The notes below the pieces were generated by a model. The model did not search any database and was not told the DNA's origin. It was given only the letters and a program-made list of their open reading frames with translations. The translations under genes were made by a program, and so were the position numbers. A DNA stretch of 62,768 nucleotides, counting the filler, from Platydemus manokwari (lineage: Eukaryota): NCBI GenBank assembly GCA_037951405.1. It is 6 parts of 6 records of this genome, joined end to end, with 100 filler letters (N's around TTAATTAATTAA, not from the genome) between each part and the next. Parts side by side here need not be neighbours in the genome. Positions count along the whole stretch, not along the records: positions 14,060 to 22,863 come from JBBMOY011347538.1; positions 22,964 to 32,701 come from JBBMOY011211767.1; 4 more parts are not named here. The stretch is one strand, 5' to 3'. Positions 14,060 through 28,599 of this stretch are shown here, one piece after another. Positions within the stretch are counted from its first letter, which is position 1, and every line of letters begins with the position of its first letter.

Positions 14060-14869
14060 TCAAACTTATAGAGAAATCAATAAATCGGTTACAAATAATA
14101 AAGAAAATTATATATTATTTATATAAATAATATTTATTTAATAATTTATTCATTATCTTTTGAAATTTCTGATAGAAATATAGGATATCCACCTTAGAAG
14201 TTTTTGACTCCACATGTTGCTTATCCAATCCAAACTTAAATAATGAATCTCCTAGATGTGTTTCATCAAATGAAACAAGAGATTGACATTATTATTTATA
14301 TAACTCGTCTCGATTTTTGAGAATATTTTAAAATAATCAATTTGTTGTTTTCGAAATACATTAAAGATATTCATTTGAAATAATGGTGATAATAAAAAAT
14401 AATAATAAAAATAAAGAAAAAAATGTAATAATATCATAATGGCACATATTCATGATAAGGACGAAATAATAAGTTAATAAAACAGTTACAATCATGACCA
14501 CTGAAATGGATTGAGTTTTCCACAAATACTCTTTTTGATAAACCGTAGAGGTGCTTCATATAAATGACATTAAACTTTTGTTTGGTTTAATATCGATTTC
14601 TTTATAATATAATTAATAATTTTATTGTTTGAAATAATAATCATATTTGGGTTATTTGAACTGTATCTTGATGAGTTACTATTCTATGCAACTAGTTAAC
14701 TTTTCGTATTAATTATACTGGGGATATGTGTTGACACTCATTTCTGTTAATATTAGATATATTCATCACATTGATAACATTCATTGATTTTACATCCCAC
14801 TAATGTGATGGATACATGTGATTGATTATGTAACAAATGATCCATTCATTTCTTGTGATTTTTGTGCAG

Positions 14870-17800
14870 CATGGAACGAGGAAAGTGAATCGTATGCTAT
14901 TGAATCGATTCCAGCAATATTGCAAATAGTATTCCAGCACATTGACAAAGCAGGTATGTCAATAATAATAAGTTGTGATTTGGTTTATAATTATAAAATG
15001 AATTAGAATATCATTCATGGGTTGTTGAATCATTTATGAGTAAAAAGCGGGATTTGTGGAAGGTAAGGCATTTAAAAATAAGATCTCGTGTGTTACGTAA
15101 TGGGTTGAAATGTTGTCAGAGCATGCTGTAATTATATTTCCCATTTTATATCACAAATTAATCAATTGTGCATCTAATTTTATAACCGAAAACATCAGTT
15201 TGGAATGGTTTGAATATACCAGTTAAATGGTTGATGATAACTCTAAATTGATTCAGATATGTATCTATCTACCGTGTTTTTCCTATTATAATCCCCATCC
15301 AGAATATAAGGGGTAGCGTGTTTTTTTGCTTGTAAAAAAAGAAGCAGCCCTCCGAATATAAGCGGTAGTTGATCAAATAATGATACCGGTCGGAATGCCA
15401 GGGTATCTTTAAAGTTTAGATTTGGTGATAAATAAGTCATTTAAGAACAATCTTAGATTAGAAATCAATGAGTTAATTGAGAAGAGAATGATGAGAAATG
15501 AAAGGGGGAACTTTGTAAAGCCGAATCTACAAGAAATAGTCAAGTGGGTTAGTAATGTCTGGGCTAAAATTAATCACTGCGTCAAAAAAGCTTTGAATGC
15601 CTTTTATCTGGACAAGTCGGCTTCATTCGAAGAAAGCTTCATAGCAAAAAATGAGAGATTAGGACCACTTATCAAAGATAAATTTAATTCGCAGAAGATG
15701 ACGATTTAACTGTGTTTGATTAAAATGCCTGTATCTTTTATAAACATTTTAAATATTATAATAAAAATATATTATGATTTTTTAAGTAATCGGTAAAAAA
15801 ATATAAGCGGCGCCCCACATTTTTCGTCGGAAAATAATATAAGCGACCGATTTTAATAGGAAAAACACGGTATCATAACCAAATTCAAATCGAATAATTT
15901 AATTTGTTAAAACCATTGTTTTGATGGTAATTTAGTCTTTTACTTGGTTTCATACATTAATTTGAGCAAACCAATCCATGGAGATATTAGAAACATAAGC
16001 CAACATATTGGTTTTTATAAATAATCAATCATCTTTAATTTATAATCTTTTACCTGATCGCTTAAAATGATTATTTATAATAATATAAAATCAATATTTT
16101 AAAATTAGAAATTCGATCAATTTATTTGTTCTTATCTCATGATTGGACAGATCTGCTTGTTTAAGATGAAAGCATGGATATCGTGAAAGTCGGTTATTAT
16201 TAAAACAAGTCGAACTAACCGATTTTCATATTTTATTCCATCCGAACTGTATTAATAAAATGCGTAATCGAAATGCATTTAATTGTATTTGGTTATATGG
16301 ATAATCTTGATATACTTTATAAAAGCTTGGTGATTGTTTATATCGATCTCGATGCATTTTGATATCTCTTTTGATAAAACCTTTTAATAAAGCTTAAATA
16401 TGTTGACAATAAGATAATTAAAACTTAATAGTAACCAAGGAAAAGTATTCACTCTACTCATTGAAGACAAGTTAGCGGGTATGTGGTGATATTAATGGAA
16501 CGATAGTTCCCTCAATTAACTCATATTTTATCGAATGTTATGATAATATTTTAGACGATAAAACTTTTATGAAATTGGTTTCAATCAGAAGCTAACAAAT
16601 GAAAATGAAGAAAAAAATTCGATATTATCTAATAAAAATTTTTAAATGTCCAACAAAATGAAATAACAAAATATTAGATACAAATCGAAAAAATAAAATA
16701 TAATTAAAATATAAATGAAACTTTATTGTTACTACAATAAGACTCAGACAAATAAAGTCCATTAGGTTGAGTTTTAATCACAATAAGAAAGGAATTCAGC
16801 ATCCATATGATAAAGGAACGTGGCTTGCAAATTTCATCAAGAGCTAGTTCATTTTAAAGCCCAAAAACTGTGTTAATTTTTATGTGAGAATTTTGGATTT
16901 TTATTTATTGGTTTTGATTGATGATTTCCTGGTTTACAATTCCAATTACCATATTGAAACATTTGTACCTTTTTATATTTGGATTGATATTCGATGGAGA
17001 TTCAATCGACATCTCGTAATCTGATTGCTCTATTCGTAAGTGTGCATTACTTGCAAGGAGTTATGTCAGGGTTTTGATCACAGTTTTTTAAAGCTGATTT
17101 TCCTTACACTACAGAATTAATTTTAATATTTAATAAAACTCGTCATTTAGATAATTTTGAGAATTTGAAAAGTGAAATTTTATTGTTGTATACTTAATTG
17201 TTTTATCGATTCGAGATTTTATAACAGAAATAATTTTATTGATCCATTGGAAAATGCTGTTGGATTGAATTAATTTTTAATATTTGGTTTTGATTAGACA
17301 ATAGCTAAATTGCCGAAATATTATTATGGAATAAAAACAATATTTATTTCAAATCGGTAAATATGGCCAACAGTATTGTAGAAGTAATTGAAATTCTATT
17401 GTTTATTAATGTAAATAGATTGGTTTTAAATCTTAAGCTTATGGGTTAAATTAATGAAAAAAGTGTATTTAGATAAAAAAATTAAATAAAATGATAAGGA
17501 AATCATTTTAAAATTATAACGGAACGAGAAGATTAGACTAAAGTAAACTACACATATTCATCCCGGTGCAAAGCGACTATGATTTAGAAAATTCTGACTT
17601 TGAGTATCAAACGAGAAATTTCCATGTTTTCTAATAATTCTTTGCACCTTATTAAAATTTCTAATTAAATTAATCCAACAATTACATTTTATAGTGCCCT
17701 AATGTTACTAAAAATCACACAGGTATTTCGGCTTGCGCTTCTCATGTCAGTAACGACAACAACAACACCAACAATAATAATAAATCTACTTAACATCTTA

Positions 17801-20800
17801 ATAAAAACCATTATAACCGAATGTCAAAGTCATTTTAATCTTAAAATATCTAAATTTATTTAACTAAAGAGTTATATTTCAGTTTTTCTCTCGCAAATGA
17901 TTATTTTTTTTCTGGGTTCTCGATACATCGCTTAACATGTAAAATATTAAATACAAAACGAATTAATTGTTTCCTTATATTTAAACTAAGCTGATTGAGT
18001 CTAAGATCAACAGTATGGACTAACTGTTGATAAGCTAGTAGAATATCAAGTAAATCAGAAAATAAACTTTTTTTACAATGACATATCGAGAGATAAATTC
18101 AGAACATAGAGATAGGATAGAAAACCTTAATAATTTTCTCATACGAATTCTCATGCCAAAATTTAAATAAAAAGGAAAAATCGTCATAGGTGTTACATAA
18201 AGAAACATGTCATGTTTTTTAAGATTGTTGTAATTTTATATCTATCATTGAATAAATGTTATTGTGGTGGTGAGTTCTGATGTATATATAAATATAGAAA
18301 CATCGATATAAACGACTAGTGCAGATAAAATGGTTTCTTTAAATGTATAGAAAACTTTTTTTTTGATAAAACTTTTAGGATCTTCTATTGTTGATTGCTT
18401 ATGGTAGCATCGAAAGCAGAGTACCAGCAACGTATTTATTGTTTTACTACTGGCCCGAATTATGTCCCGTTCAATTCCAATCTAATCAAGCTCGATTTCC
18501 AACTAAGTACCACCATGAAGGTTATTTTTTATAATTAATTTTCTATGTTTTGTATTTGAATATATTTATTGAACTAAGTTCTAAATGAGTAGACAAACTA
18601 ATTCCGTTTCAAATTTATTCCTGAAAATATTTGAGATAAATTTTGTTAGGCTTTTCAGATCACACAGAAAAAGTAAATTTAAGGAATTGGTTTCTCTCTT
18701 ATTACATTTCTTATTATTTGTTTTGAATAATTTATGTTGGATAAATTTGAAAATATTTTTTTAACTAATAAGACTTTAATGAGACTTAAAAATGAAGCCA
18801 ATTGTTAGTGTTAATAATAAGACTTTTCATAAGGGAACATTTATTTACAACAATTAGAATGTTTTATATAATCTGATTTCTGATTATATGTAATCACAGC
18901 ACAGGAGGTTAATGGTTAGTAGCAACTAATAATTGCGCAATCACTAATCACATTTACAAATCTCCGTTACAGATAGGATTATGAGAGTTTTACGATTTTG
19001 AATTTCAATGCTAGTCGGCTAATATAGGATTACAGAGTGATGGTGATTGCATCATTAGATATTGTCTATATGAACTGTCTTTTCAGTGAAATATAATTAA
19101 TAGATTAATAATAATAATTATTATTATTAATTTATATTTCTCTCTGTGATCATATTTTTACCCATATACACCTTTATTTTCTAAGACTTTATTATTTCAA
19201 GGATTTTTTGCGATTCATAATTATTGTAAAGTTAGTTTTAATTATTTTGACTGAATGAAAATCCACATAAACTTGCTTGGTGTATTGATTTTAGCATGGA
19301 AAGCTATACTATGTGAGCGTACGGATTGTCCAAATAAGGCCAGCAAAACGGTAGCTTCGAAAGTAATAAATTATTTGTATGGTGTTTTAACCAGACAATT
19401 TCCCCCACATTTCAGATGACATACGAGCCTCAACATGCTCTGATGTTTGGAAATAAAATGGCACCTCTGTATGTTTGTTTGGACTGCTTTGATGCTCTCA
19501 GTAGACAGAGAATCGTTAATCTGCACGATGTTATACTTCCAATAAAAAAGGTTGATATTTCCTATATTCTTCAAAATATTTACTTTTCTCTATCATATTA
19601 TTTTGAGATTAATTTATCGATTTTGCTCCTTATTTGTTATAATCAGAATATTTTCCGGAATACATAATTCCTAGAGATATTGATTTTTTATTATAAAAAC
19701 GAGTTCAATAAATATTATTTGATACGATTTAAACAACCAACATCCAATTCTACAAGCATCTATGTGATAACCTCATTGGTCCCTGATCATTTCGACGTTG
19801 AAACAGAATAATAATATCGATATATTGATAATATTGTGAGAATTATTTAAAAGATTAATTTTAAAACAATATATTATAAAAATTCTGATCAAGTCTGACA
19901 TAATTGATCCTCGTGTGTATGGTTAAGTTTATCTGAATATTTGTGGAATAAATATTTAGTAAATATTCATGTTTATATTAGTGAATTCAAAATACATTCT
20001 TTTGTATTTAAATTTTATAAAACCTTTAAATGAAATATTAATAATATCTTTTCCCGAAATGAATGCAAATCTAGCAAGGGATCTCTGAATGCATTTGTAA
20101 ATAATGTTGAATTATGAAAATTACCTTTTAGTGAATTGTAATTGGATAATATCGTTAAACCTTTATTGGTGGAGCGATAAAGAATAAACAATTAAATATT
20201 ATTATAAATACCTGCATTGTTGTTCAAGAAAGATATTTTTAAATAATACACGTTAATCTAAAGGCAACTTTATTGTATTCGAATTACCTTGATTTGGATT
20301 GGTTATTGAGTGTAAACTTAAATGATGAAATTGACGAAATTTTACATGGTACTGAATTTTCGATATAATTTCGTATTTGTTTGATTTTTAATAATAAGTG
20401 TATCATGTTTACACTCATTGGATTGTTGAATTTCAATTTCTCAGCATTACATATGTGCACACAATCCACCAATGAAAACTCTTTAAAGCCGATAACTACC
20501 AATAAATCTATTGTTTTTATAATAATTGTGAAATGATTGCTTGAAAATTAGGAAGCCAATAGAATTCAAGCATTCACAGACACACAGATTTACGATACAT
20601 CAGATTGATTATGCCAGTTCTGGTGAATAATATAATAGATAGATTTTCTGTAACCAAGGTTGTTTGCTCGTTAAGAATAATTTCTTTTATTCAATAATAT
20701 TAAACCTCATTAAATTTAATATTTTATAATTTAGAGTAATCAATAGAATAACAATTTTTTACGATGATTATTTACGTTAACACTTTCATCGATCACTAAT

Positions 20801-22483
20801 TATATTTTCTTGACAACGGATGTTTTCGATTATCGAATAAATTCTGATAATAATATTTAAAAAATATTAAAGTAAATAATGAAAATGATGAGTATTTTTT
20901 TAATTGAAAGATAAACGTATGTTCTGAATTACAGTGTGTATGACAATATATTTTCTTTGGGAAATATTACTACGAAAAGAGCCAAAGAAAGTATTATGAG
21001 ATTTTTCTAGATTCTCTAAACAAGCTATGGTCAACAAAGGTTGATAATTCCTGCTATAGATGAGATAGATATATTGGATGCATAAGAGTTTGACATGCCT
21101 ATGTTTTATAATAGATAATTTAAATGCCTTTCCCGGCTATTATAAATGACTGGACAATATTTTCAGGTTCATACATCATGTGAATCAAAAACTTGCCGCA
21201 GTAAAAATAACAATGCATACATCACATGTTTCAGTTCTGAATGCACTTGCTTAAATGGCCATAAACCGATTCGATTCTGTGAAGGTTGTCATATTCAAAA
21301 ACACCTGGGAGCACAATCAAAAAAGCACATATATCAAGTCGGTGTATAAAAATATAGAAATAGTTTATTTACGTTGTTATCCATACTTTAAGTTGCCATT
21401 ACCTGATATCTGGGAATGTAACATGGAAATCCAACCATGTATGGTGGAAGCCATTGTTAGTCTTAGCAAAGAAACATTACCTCGATGGCGTCAACAATTG
21501 GCTACAACGGAGGAATGTTTAAATAATCTTGAAACAGGAGTAATTTATTTTTATTGTATTTACGTTTTCATATTTTGGGATCTAATACTTTGTGGGAATC
21601 AAAAATACAATCATGGAGTCACAAGTTTTATTCCATTAGACCTCAACAATTGATAATTAATTATTTTCACATAGAATAATAAATAGAAAGAGCACAGTAT
21701 CATGATGTGCCACAGAGTGAGATTCAATGAGAATAACTAATTTATAAGGTTGAGGTTTCTTGAAAATTAAAAATGTTTTTATTTAGTTATGTAAGCCGCT
21801 GTTATCTTATAAACAACACATTGAAAATAAACAAAAAAGTCTCGACCAAAAATTATATTTCAGCTTTAATTATTTAAACTAATTATTATTTGTTTTTAAA
21901 TAATCTGATTATAAAATCTTTAAAATTGCAATTCATTTTCAAATCCTTACAGATTGCCGTAATTTCTTAGTAGAAGTCATGAGTTGATCGATATATAGGT
22001 AATCTCAATTTGCAGTCAGTTATCTTAGAAATCAGTTTTATAATCTTTTCTGCTCATCGATAACCGAACCAATCAATTCTCTCGTTGATGGATTCGACCC
22101 AATAGTAACTTCACTCATTTTTAATATCATTTACCAAATAAAGCATGTGAAAGTATTATTCTGTTTAACGCATTGTATTTTGTACAAATCCATAATTATC
22201 ATTGGTGAGTATTTGATATGATGGCTTACATGTTCAATATTCAGAAATTTGTTGCAAATAAAACATCGATTAATTTGTTGTTTATATATTAAAGGGAGGA
22301 ACGAAATCTAATTTGGATCAAGGATCACCATCAATGCTTGGAGTGATCAAAAGCTTTGCTAGCTTCCAAGACAACGATATACCATTAGCTGGAAAGTACA
22401 ACGATGATGATCATAAAATCATCTCTCTCTATGCAGCATTTATTATCGGGGAGAAATGTCCTCCAAAACCAAATTCAAATATT
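14870..22483 (+). CDS. unc-79: UNC-79 (NALCN channel complex subunit), partial N-terminal part; exons 14870-14953, 15007-15062, 18379-18520, 19295-19362, 19416-19550, 21167-21337, 21393-21539, 22295-22483; truncated at both contig ends
   Basis: Phase-compatible GT-AG splicing gives EYHSWVVESFMSKKRDLWK|DLLLLIAYG...LLFYYWPEL, CERTDC, FGNKMAPLYVCLDC, CESKTC..ITCFSSEC..NGHKPIRFCEGCH, MVEAIVSLSKE, colinear with the Cys-rich N-terminus of UNC79. Donor at 21337 chosen by alignment; 21343 is an alternative. Confidence 0.9.
15270..15872 (+). mobile_element. Internally deleted pogo/Tigger-like DNA transposon inside an unc-79 intron
   Basis: TIRs TACCGTGTTTTTCCTATTA(T/A)AATC (24 nt, 1 mismatch, including flanking TA), subterminal AATATAAG repeats, and a transposase C-terminal remnant (GYL*SLDLVINKSFK..LR..WVSNVWAKI; ORF 15422-15709). 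Confidence 0.85.
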
Positions 22484-22863
22484 GTAAATTTTCTTATCCA
22501 ATAAATAAATAAATAAATAATCAATTCAATCCAATATTGAGTGTGATTTATGTTTTTCCTTTGCTAGTTATTGGAGATTAATAAATCCACATAAATGTTT
22601 TATAAAATGAGATCCAACAATAGAAATAATAAACCAATTGAAATATTGATTGATATTGTATTATTAATTTAATATCAATTTTATTTTATTAATACTGTAC
22701 ATATAATTTTCTTTTAACTCTTACCAGAAAATTATTTCACGGTACTTGTGTATTATCGTCAACGCTGTATATATTATTATTATTTGTATATTGATTTATA
22801 TATTGATTGATAATTTATTTGAAAAGAATAATAAAAAATAAAAATCTTTAATTTTAAAACACT

Positions 22864-22963
22864 NNNNNNNNNNNNNNNNNNNNNNNNNNNNNNNNNNNNN
22901 NNNNNNNTTAATTAATTAANNNNNNNNNNNNNNNNNNNNNNNNNNNNNNNNNNNNNNNNNNNN
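22864..22963. other. Artificial assembly spacer (44 N + TTAATTAATTAA + 44 N)
   Basis: Same exact pattern. Confidence 0.97.
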
Positions 22964-23099
22964 ATTTTATAAATTTTATAAATTTCTTACTCTAGAATTA
23001 ATATTTAAAAATTTACTCAAATATTCATATTTTTACAAGAATTAAATGCTAATACAAGGGAGAACATTAATTTTTTAATGAATATATTTTACAATAATA

Positions 23100-24100
23100 T
23101 TGGCACGGGGATTGAATAATATCATCAAGCCATTTGGAATAAATTGCGTGGGGTAGGCCATTACTATTCATAAAGCTGGAACAATAGACAAAAAAACCGA
23201 CAATGTCAGAACGGGTTTAAGCATCTTGGCATTGAAAAATAAGTTTTGAGATATTGTCACCATTTATAGAAAACCCTTTACGCTTAGCTCACAACCTGGA
23301 CCATATTTCAGGTTCACTGACACTTTCAAGTTACCGAGATCTAATAGTGCAATGGAACTTGGGAAAGTCTTCTTGATTATCTTAACTGACTACTGAGTGC
23401 GTCAGAAAAATATTGAGTCCTGATTAAAATGATGGTATAATGATTTACGAATTGGATTGAAGACAATCCATTTTTGAATGATGTCTTTGAGGATCAGAAA
23501 AGTACCAACTAACTGGTTTCGATTGCCTGATTTGATATAAAAAGTGCGTTCCAGGTTGTTTCACGTGATATGCTTATTTTCTATGAAAATATGATGTAGG
23601 CAATGATTTTATTGATATAGATAAAATCTTTTAATCCAATTTGATCACTTGAAACTTTCCCAGATTATAACTAATGCGAAGGTAAACCTTGATTTAGTAA
23701 TTTCTATGAAATTCTGGTTTAGTAGAAAAATATTGAGGTTTATGAGAATTTCAACAAGAATGATAATCCTGCCATTGTGAGAAAAATACATATGATTTGC
23801 AATAATTATTAAACAGCCATTTTAATGCAGGCGAAAAGTGCAACTTTATGTTTCAACCCTTTAAATGAGCATTTATTTTTCAACAATATGAGCAGAATAA
23901 CTGCGACCATTTATTGACAAACTTTCAATCAAGAATTCTGTTAATATCTGGATATGCCATTCAGTTATAAAATTGACCAAACTTCATATTAACTAAGAAC
24001 ATGCAAAACATTGCAAACATTGAAACAATTTTATTCGGCCCTCCGATTTTAAAACTATGTGAAAGAGTTCGAAGATATTTTTTATATTTGGAAAACTTGA
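23100..24100 (+). mobile_element. Degenerate non-LTR retrotransposon reverse transcriptase remnant
   Basis: Fragments FDIKSAFQVVSR (cf. D..KAFD.V, ~23532), KC, YLDMPF (cf. YLG) and FIRP in RT order, with many stops and frameshifts. Confidence 0.5.
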
Positions 24101-25559
24101 CTTTATCCAAGTTTTAGGCTTATATATGCATCGAGTGTTGTGCTACAGCATATAGCCGGAAATAGTCAAAAATTGAAGGAGCCCAATCAAAGGTAGAGAA
24201 TTAAATGCTTCCGTTAATTGATAACTTTATCCAATGATTCCATTTGAGTTTGGAATCTTTTAGTGCACTTAAAAGCAAAAGATCACGACGATTTTGAGTA
24301 AACGAATTTGGTTTAACAGAGATGATAACTTGATCCATATTTTTATAAATTATTCCGGGAGGCAAACGCAAATAATATTTGTTAAAAGCAAGCAATACGC
24401 AATTTACGTTGTTCATCGTTTTAATGCCGATTAGTATTTGTGCGAATGGCAAACTAGCTATCATTCAGGCTTATTAATTTGTGTTTTGATTTGAAATTTC
24501 AGATTCAATTATATTGTGTTGGATTCATCGAAAACGATTCTTGATGTCTTATTCATAGTGCTAAGTTTAATTAATCATCCTTGGAAAAAATCCTTTTAAA
24601 AAGGATATAGATATTGTAGAGTCAAAATAAATAACCATCGATGAATTTCCTTCAGTTATGTGTTCCCATCTCACTCAGTTTCCGTAAACATGATGGGAGT
24701 CTTAGAGTCATACATTAATTTTGTTGTTCCCCATGCCAGCTGATATGTGTTAAAGAGGCGTTCTCATATCTCAAACGTTGCTCTATTTCTTATTACAGAA
24801 ATATTTTATACAGCAAAGATAATCTCTATCGACGAGTCTTTATGCTATGTGAAAAGAGTCCACTCGAATCAGACTATACGATGTTCAATGTCAATGTTTA
24901 AAACCAAACCAATTTCATGCAGCACAGACGTTGAGTGTCAAATAACTTAATTTGGTTACTAAAAAGAACCCTTGCTACCTTGTAAACATTGAAGTTTCAG
25001 AAAGCATAATGAAAATATTGGCTAAGTATCTTATATTTGACAATCTGTTAGAATCTGAAGAACATGAGATCAGAATGCCAATCAAGGCATCTCATGGGTT
25101 GAATCTACCAGTTATGAATAAAACTCATTAATACCGGGAATGTGATAATGCTTTCATTAAAATCTGAATCTAGAGAAGGCAGTGATAACAACCATTAGCT
25201 CCTAAGCCTTTGACATTACAAACGATAGGTTATAGTGTTTTTTGAGCCTTTAGCAATTCAGATGGGTGGTGTTCCAAATGTATAAAATGATCGGATTTCA
25301 TTAATCACTTTCATTAGAAATAAAATGCAAACCATAAATATCTACATTGCTCACCACGTTTTATGGAACAGAGATGCAATTGGCAAATGCCACCCAATTT
25401 CAAATTTAATTGACCACAACTGACTCACAGGAAAAAAAACTAACAGTACAATGAAAACCAAGTGTTAGAGATAAAATCCAGAAACAGTGAGCCATAAATA
25501 TTGTGATGGTTATAGGGATTTTTTAATGAATAATTGTAATTAAAATATAATTCGATGTT

Positions 25560-26270
25560 GTGATTTCAGTTTGTTTTGAACGCGTGCTTTATTAAATTGT
25601 ATTGGGTTAAATGACGATCAAGGATTTGGATATATTGAGACTATATACAGAATATATAAAGAAGATATAAAGAAGATGTACCGAAGTCATTTAAAAAATT
25701 CTAGGAATTTGATATTTTTATGTAAATACATAAGTAGAGTATTCGATTCAATGTCAATTAGGACTACAAAGAAAATCAAAGATTTTAAAGAAATGGAGAT
25801 GTGAGAATTTTTAATTGAAGTTTTAAAGATTTAATTTCATATGAAATTAAATTTTATATAAAATTAAATTATTTTGTTTATATAATATCATTTCATATAC
25901 ATAATTTGATATCGTGTCTTTTCAGTTCGTTTTCTATGCGTGTTTTATAAAATAGTAGTTGCTTACAGAGAAGTTTTATAAAAGATATAGAAATGAAAAC
26001 GTGAATGTATAAGAAATATATAAAAAATATAGAGAGAATATAGAGATGATATAAGAAAATATAAAGTAGAGAAAATTTTATATAGATAAATATCTAGAGA
26101 GTTCAATACAGAGATAGTTAAGAATTCCGAGAAAATAAAAGACTTTCAATAAATAGAATGTGAGAATTTAGAATGAATTGAAATTTTAAAATTAGTTTTT
26201 TATAAAAAATTCAGTTTTTTTTAATGCGTGCTTTATTTATCAGTAGCGAATTACATTAGTTTTACCAAAT
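25560..26270. repeat. Diverged tandem repeat, unit about 290-360 nt, a little over 2 copies
   Basis: TTCAGTT...GCGTG recurs at ~25565, ~25921 and ~26210; ATGTGAGAATTT..AATTGAA.TTTTAAA at ~25799 and ~26158. Confidence 0.6.
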
Positions 26271-28599
26271 AGCGAAAATAATATGACACTGGTTTAAGAA
26301 ATTTAAGCAAATTCTCAAATCTATTGTGAATATCAAAATAGCTTCACGACACATTATTAATAAATGCTTGACATGAATTTCAGACAAATTCGCTATAACA
26401 AGTCATGATTCAACAAATCAATAAATCAATATATTGAATCCATAAACCAAGTAGAAAAAACGGAATTGTAGAAAGTCAAATAATATGCATCAGTGAGTAG
26501 CATTGATAAAAACGTTATTTTTTGATTAATGGATTTGAATGTCCGATTGGTACACTTTATGAAGTGATTTATGAAAATAGAATTTAACCTTTCATATAAC
26601 ATAATTTCGAAACAAAATTTGCTTCAATGGCTGTAAGACCTTATATACCGCTGGCTACAATTATTGAAAAAAACGATCTAGATTATATATGGAATTATCA
26701 GTATTACGTTGAAACATTTTATATCTATAAGATTTGAAAAGCAATAAATTCATTCTATGAAATAAAATTCCGATAACTGATATAATCCAATAATATCTGC
26801 CATCGCTGAACGAAATGGAATTTGAAAGAAAAAAGAAACAAATTCAAAAATTTGTTAAAAACGAGATGATGACAGTAAAAACCGAAAAAGTTTGGCAACA
26901 GCACCGAAACAATAAAAATATTAATTTTGTTTAAGTTTACGTCAATTCAGAGTTAAAACAAGCATTTCACCTTCTCAACCTAAAAATACTTCACAAGGAC
27001 GATAAAAGTATAAAAAATATAATTTAAAAATTGACGTGCCATTGATAGTTGTTTTCAGGGCTATATTAATATGGGCTTCACTCGTGTTGTTATCAACTGA
27101 CAAGCGTTCTCAATGAAATGAAAATAAAGGAAGAATTAATTGTAGAAACTTATATTTCATATTATGCAACTATGATACGAATAACTGAATCGGTCGGTAC
27201 TCATTTCGGTTCTCATGCTAATACAATTAAAAAATTATATCTCTTGTGTTAGATATTGGCTTGCAAAATCCATGATTATTTTTTGCTGCTATTTTTACTA
27301 GCAGCTATGTATGAGGATTTTATTACATCAATCTGTGAATTGAAATCATAGATGAGTTGCTCAACGAGTTGCCACTTATCAGTTTAAATTTATATTTAAC
27401 TACATTTATTAAATTCATTTCAAATTTTCTTTCAACCAGTAGATTTATTTTTTAAAGATTTTTTTTAATTTGCACCTTATTTTTAATATATTTGTGAAAA
27501 CCCATAAAAACCAACACACGATAAGTTTTAATGAAATTAAAGAGATGTAAATATGTTCTTCATGTAAAAGTCCATTCCTCAATCAAAAATTTATTGTTCA
27601 TAGATATACTGTCATAAATATACCTTGGATACGCTTTTAATAAAGAAAAATAAATCTTTTGAACTTATACTTTTTCATTATACTTTGGAAAACAACGATA
27701 TTAAAAAACATCAAAACGTGAATAAATAATCCAATTAAAATTTTCACGATCACTTTTTATATGTCAATGAAAGCGGAAAATTAAATATTCAGTCTCGATA
27801 TGGCCTAAATTCGTTTTCAATTTTTTGAAATATTTTTTGATGAATTTCATGCTTTTTAAAAATGAATAAAACTTCTTTTCAAATAATATTAGCTTATTAA
27901 TATAATATAATATAATATAATATATTTTTTTAAAAATTAAACCTAATATCGTTTATATAATATATTTTATGTATAACATCTTGTCAGAACTAGCAGGGAT
28001 AAATCACAAAATTACTTCAAAATCAATTTATTTTTATTGCTAAATGATAAACTTTCTTGTCTTCCAATGACAGAAAAATATCACTTTGTCTAAAATCACG
28101 AACAACTATTTGAATTCCAAAAGAATTATCAATCCATCGTTTTCTATTATATTTCTATCACATGAAATCTTTGACATAAGTATTTTTTTTATTAACTGAT
28201 ATTTAGTTTTTCTATTAAAATTCGACGAGTTAATATGCGTAAAATTCCTATTAAAATATTTCCATAAATTATAATTTGCAGGAATTATCGGGACTATTAT
28301 CGAACTGTTTTAAATGTTTTGAATTTATTTTATGAAACATAGTTTAGTTAATATTTTAGATTTAAATCGTTCCTGAAATTTTCATTTTAATTTATCGGAA
28401 AAACTAATTCTAACGATTAAAACAAATATCTCAAATATTATCTAGCTTTCTTTTCTCATTTTTTTTGAAGTTTTCATTAACCATCTAATTTTTCTAGGCT
28501 TTTTTTGACCCTGACAATCAATGAGCACTTTATCGGAACTTCAAAATTCTACGAGAACCTCCATGAAGAAATAAATTCTTCTTCATTAAAAATTCCTCC

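Noticed and set aside
25070-27320. Pogo HTH-like SDGWCSK (~25260) and SWIM-like Cys pattern (~27245)
   Set aside because: Isolated motifs in heavily decayed sequence; boundaries cannot be set.
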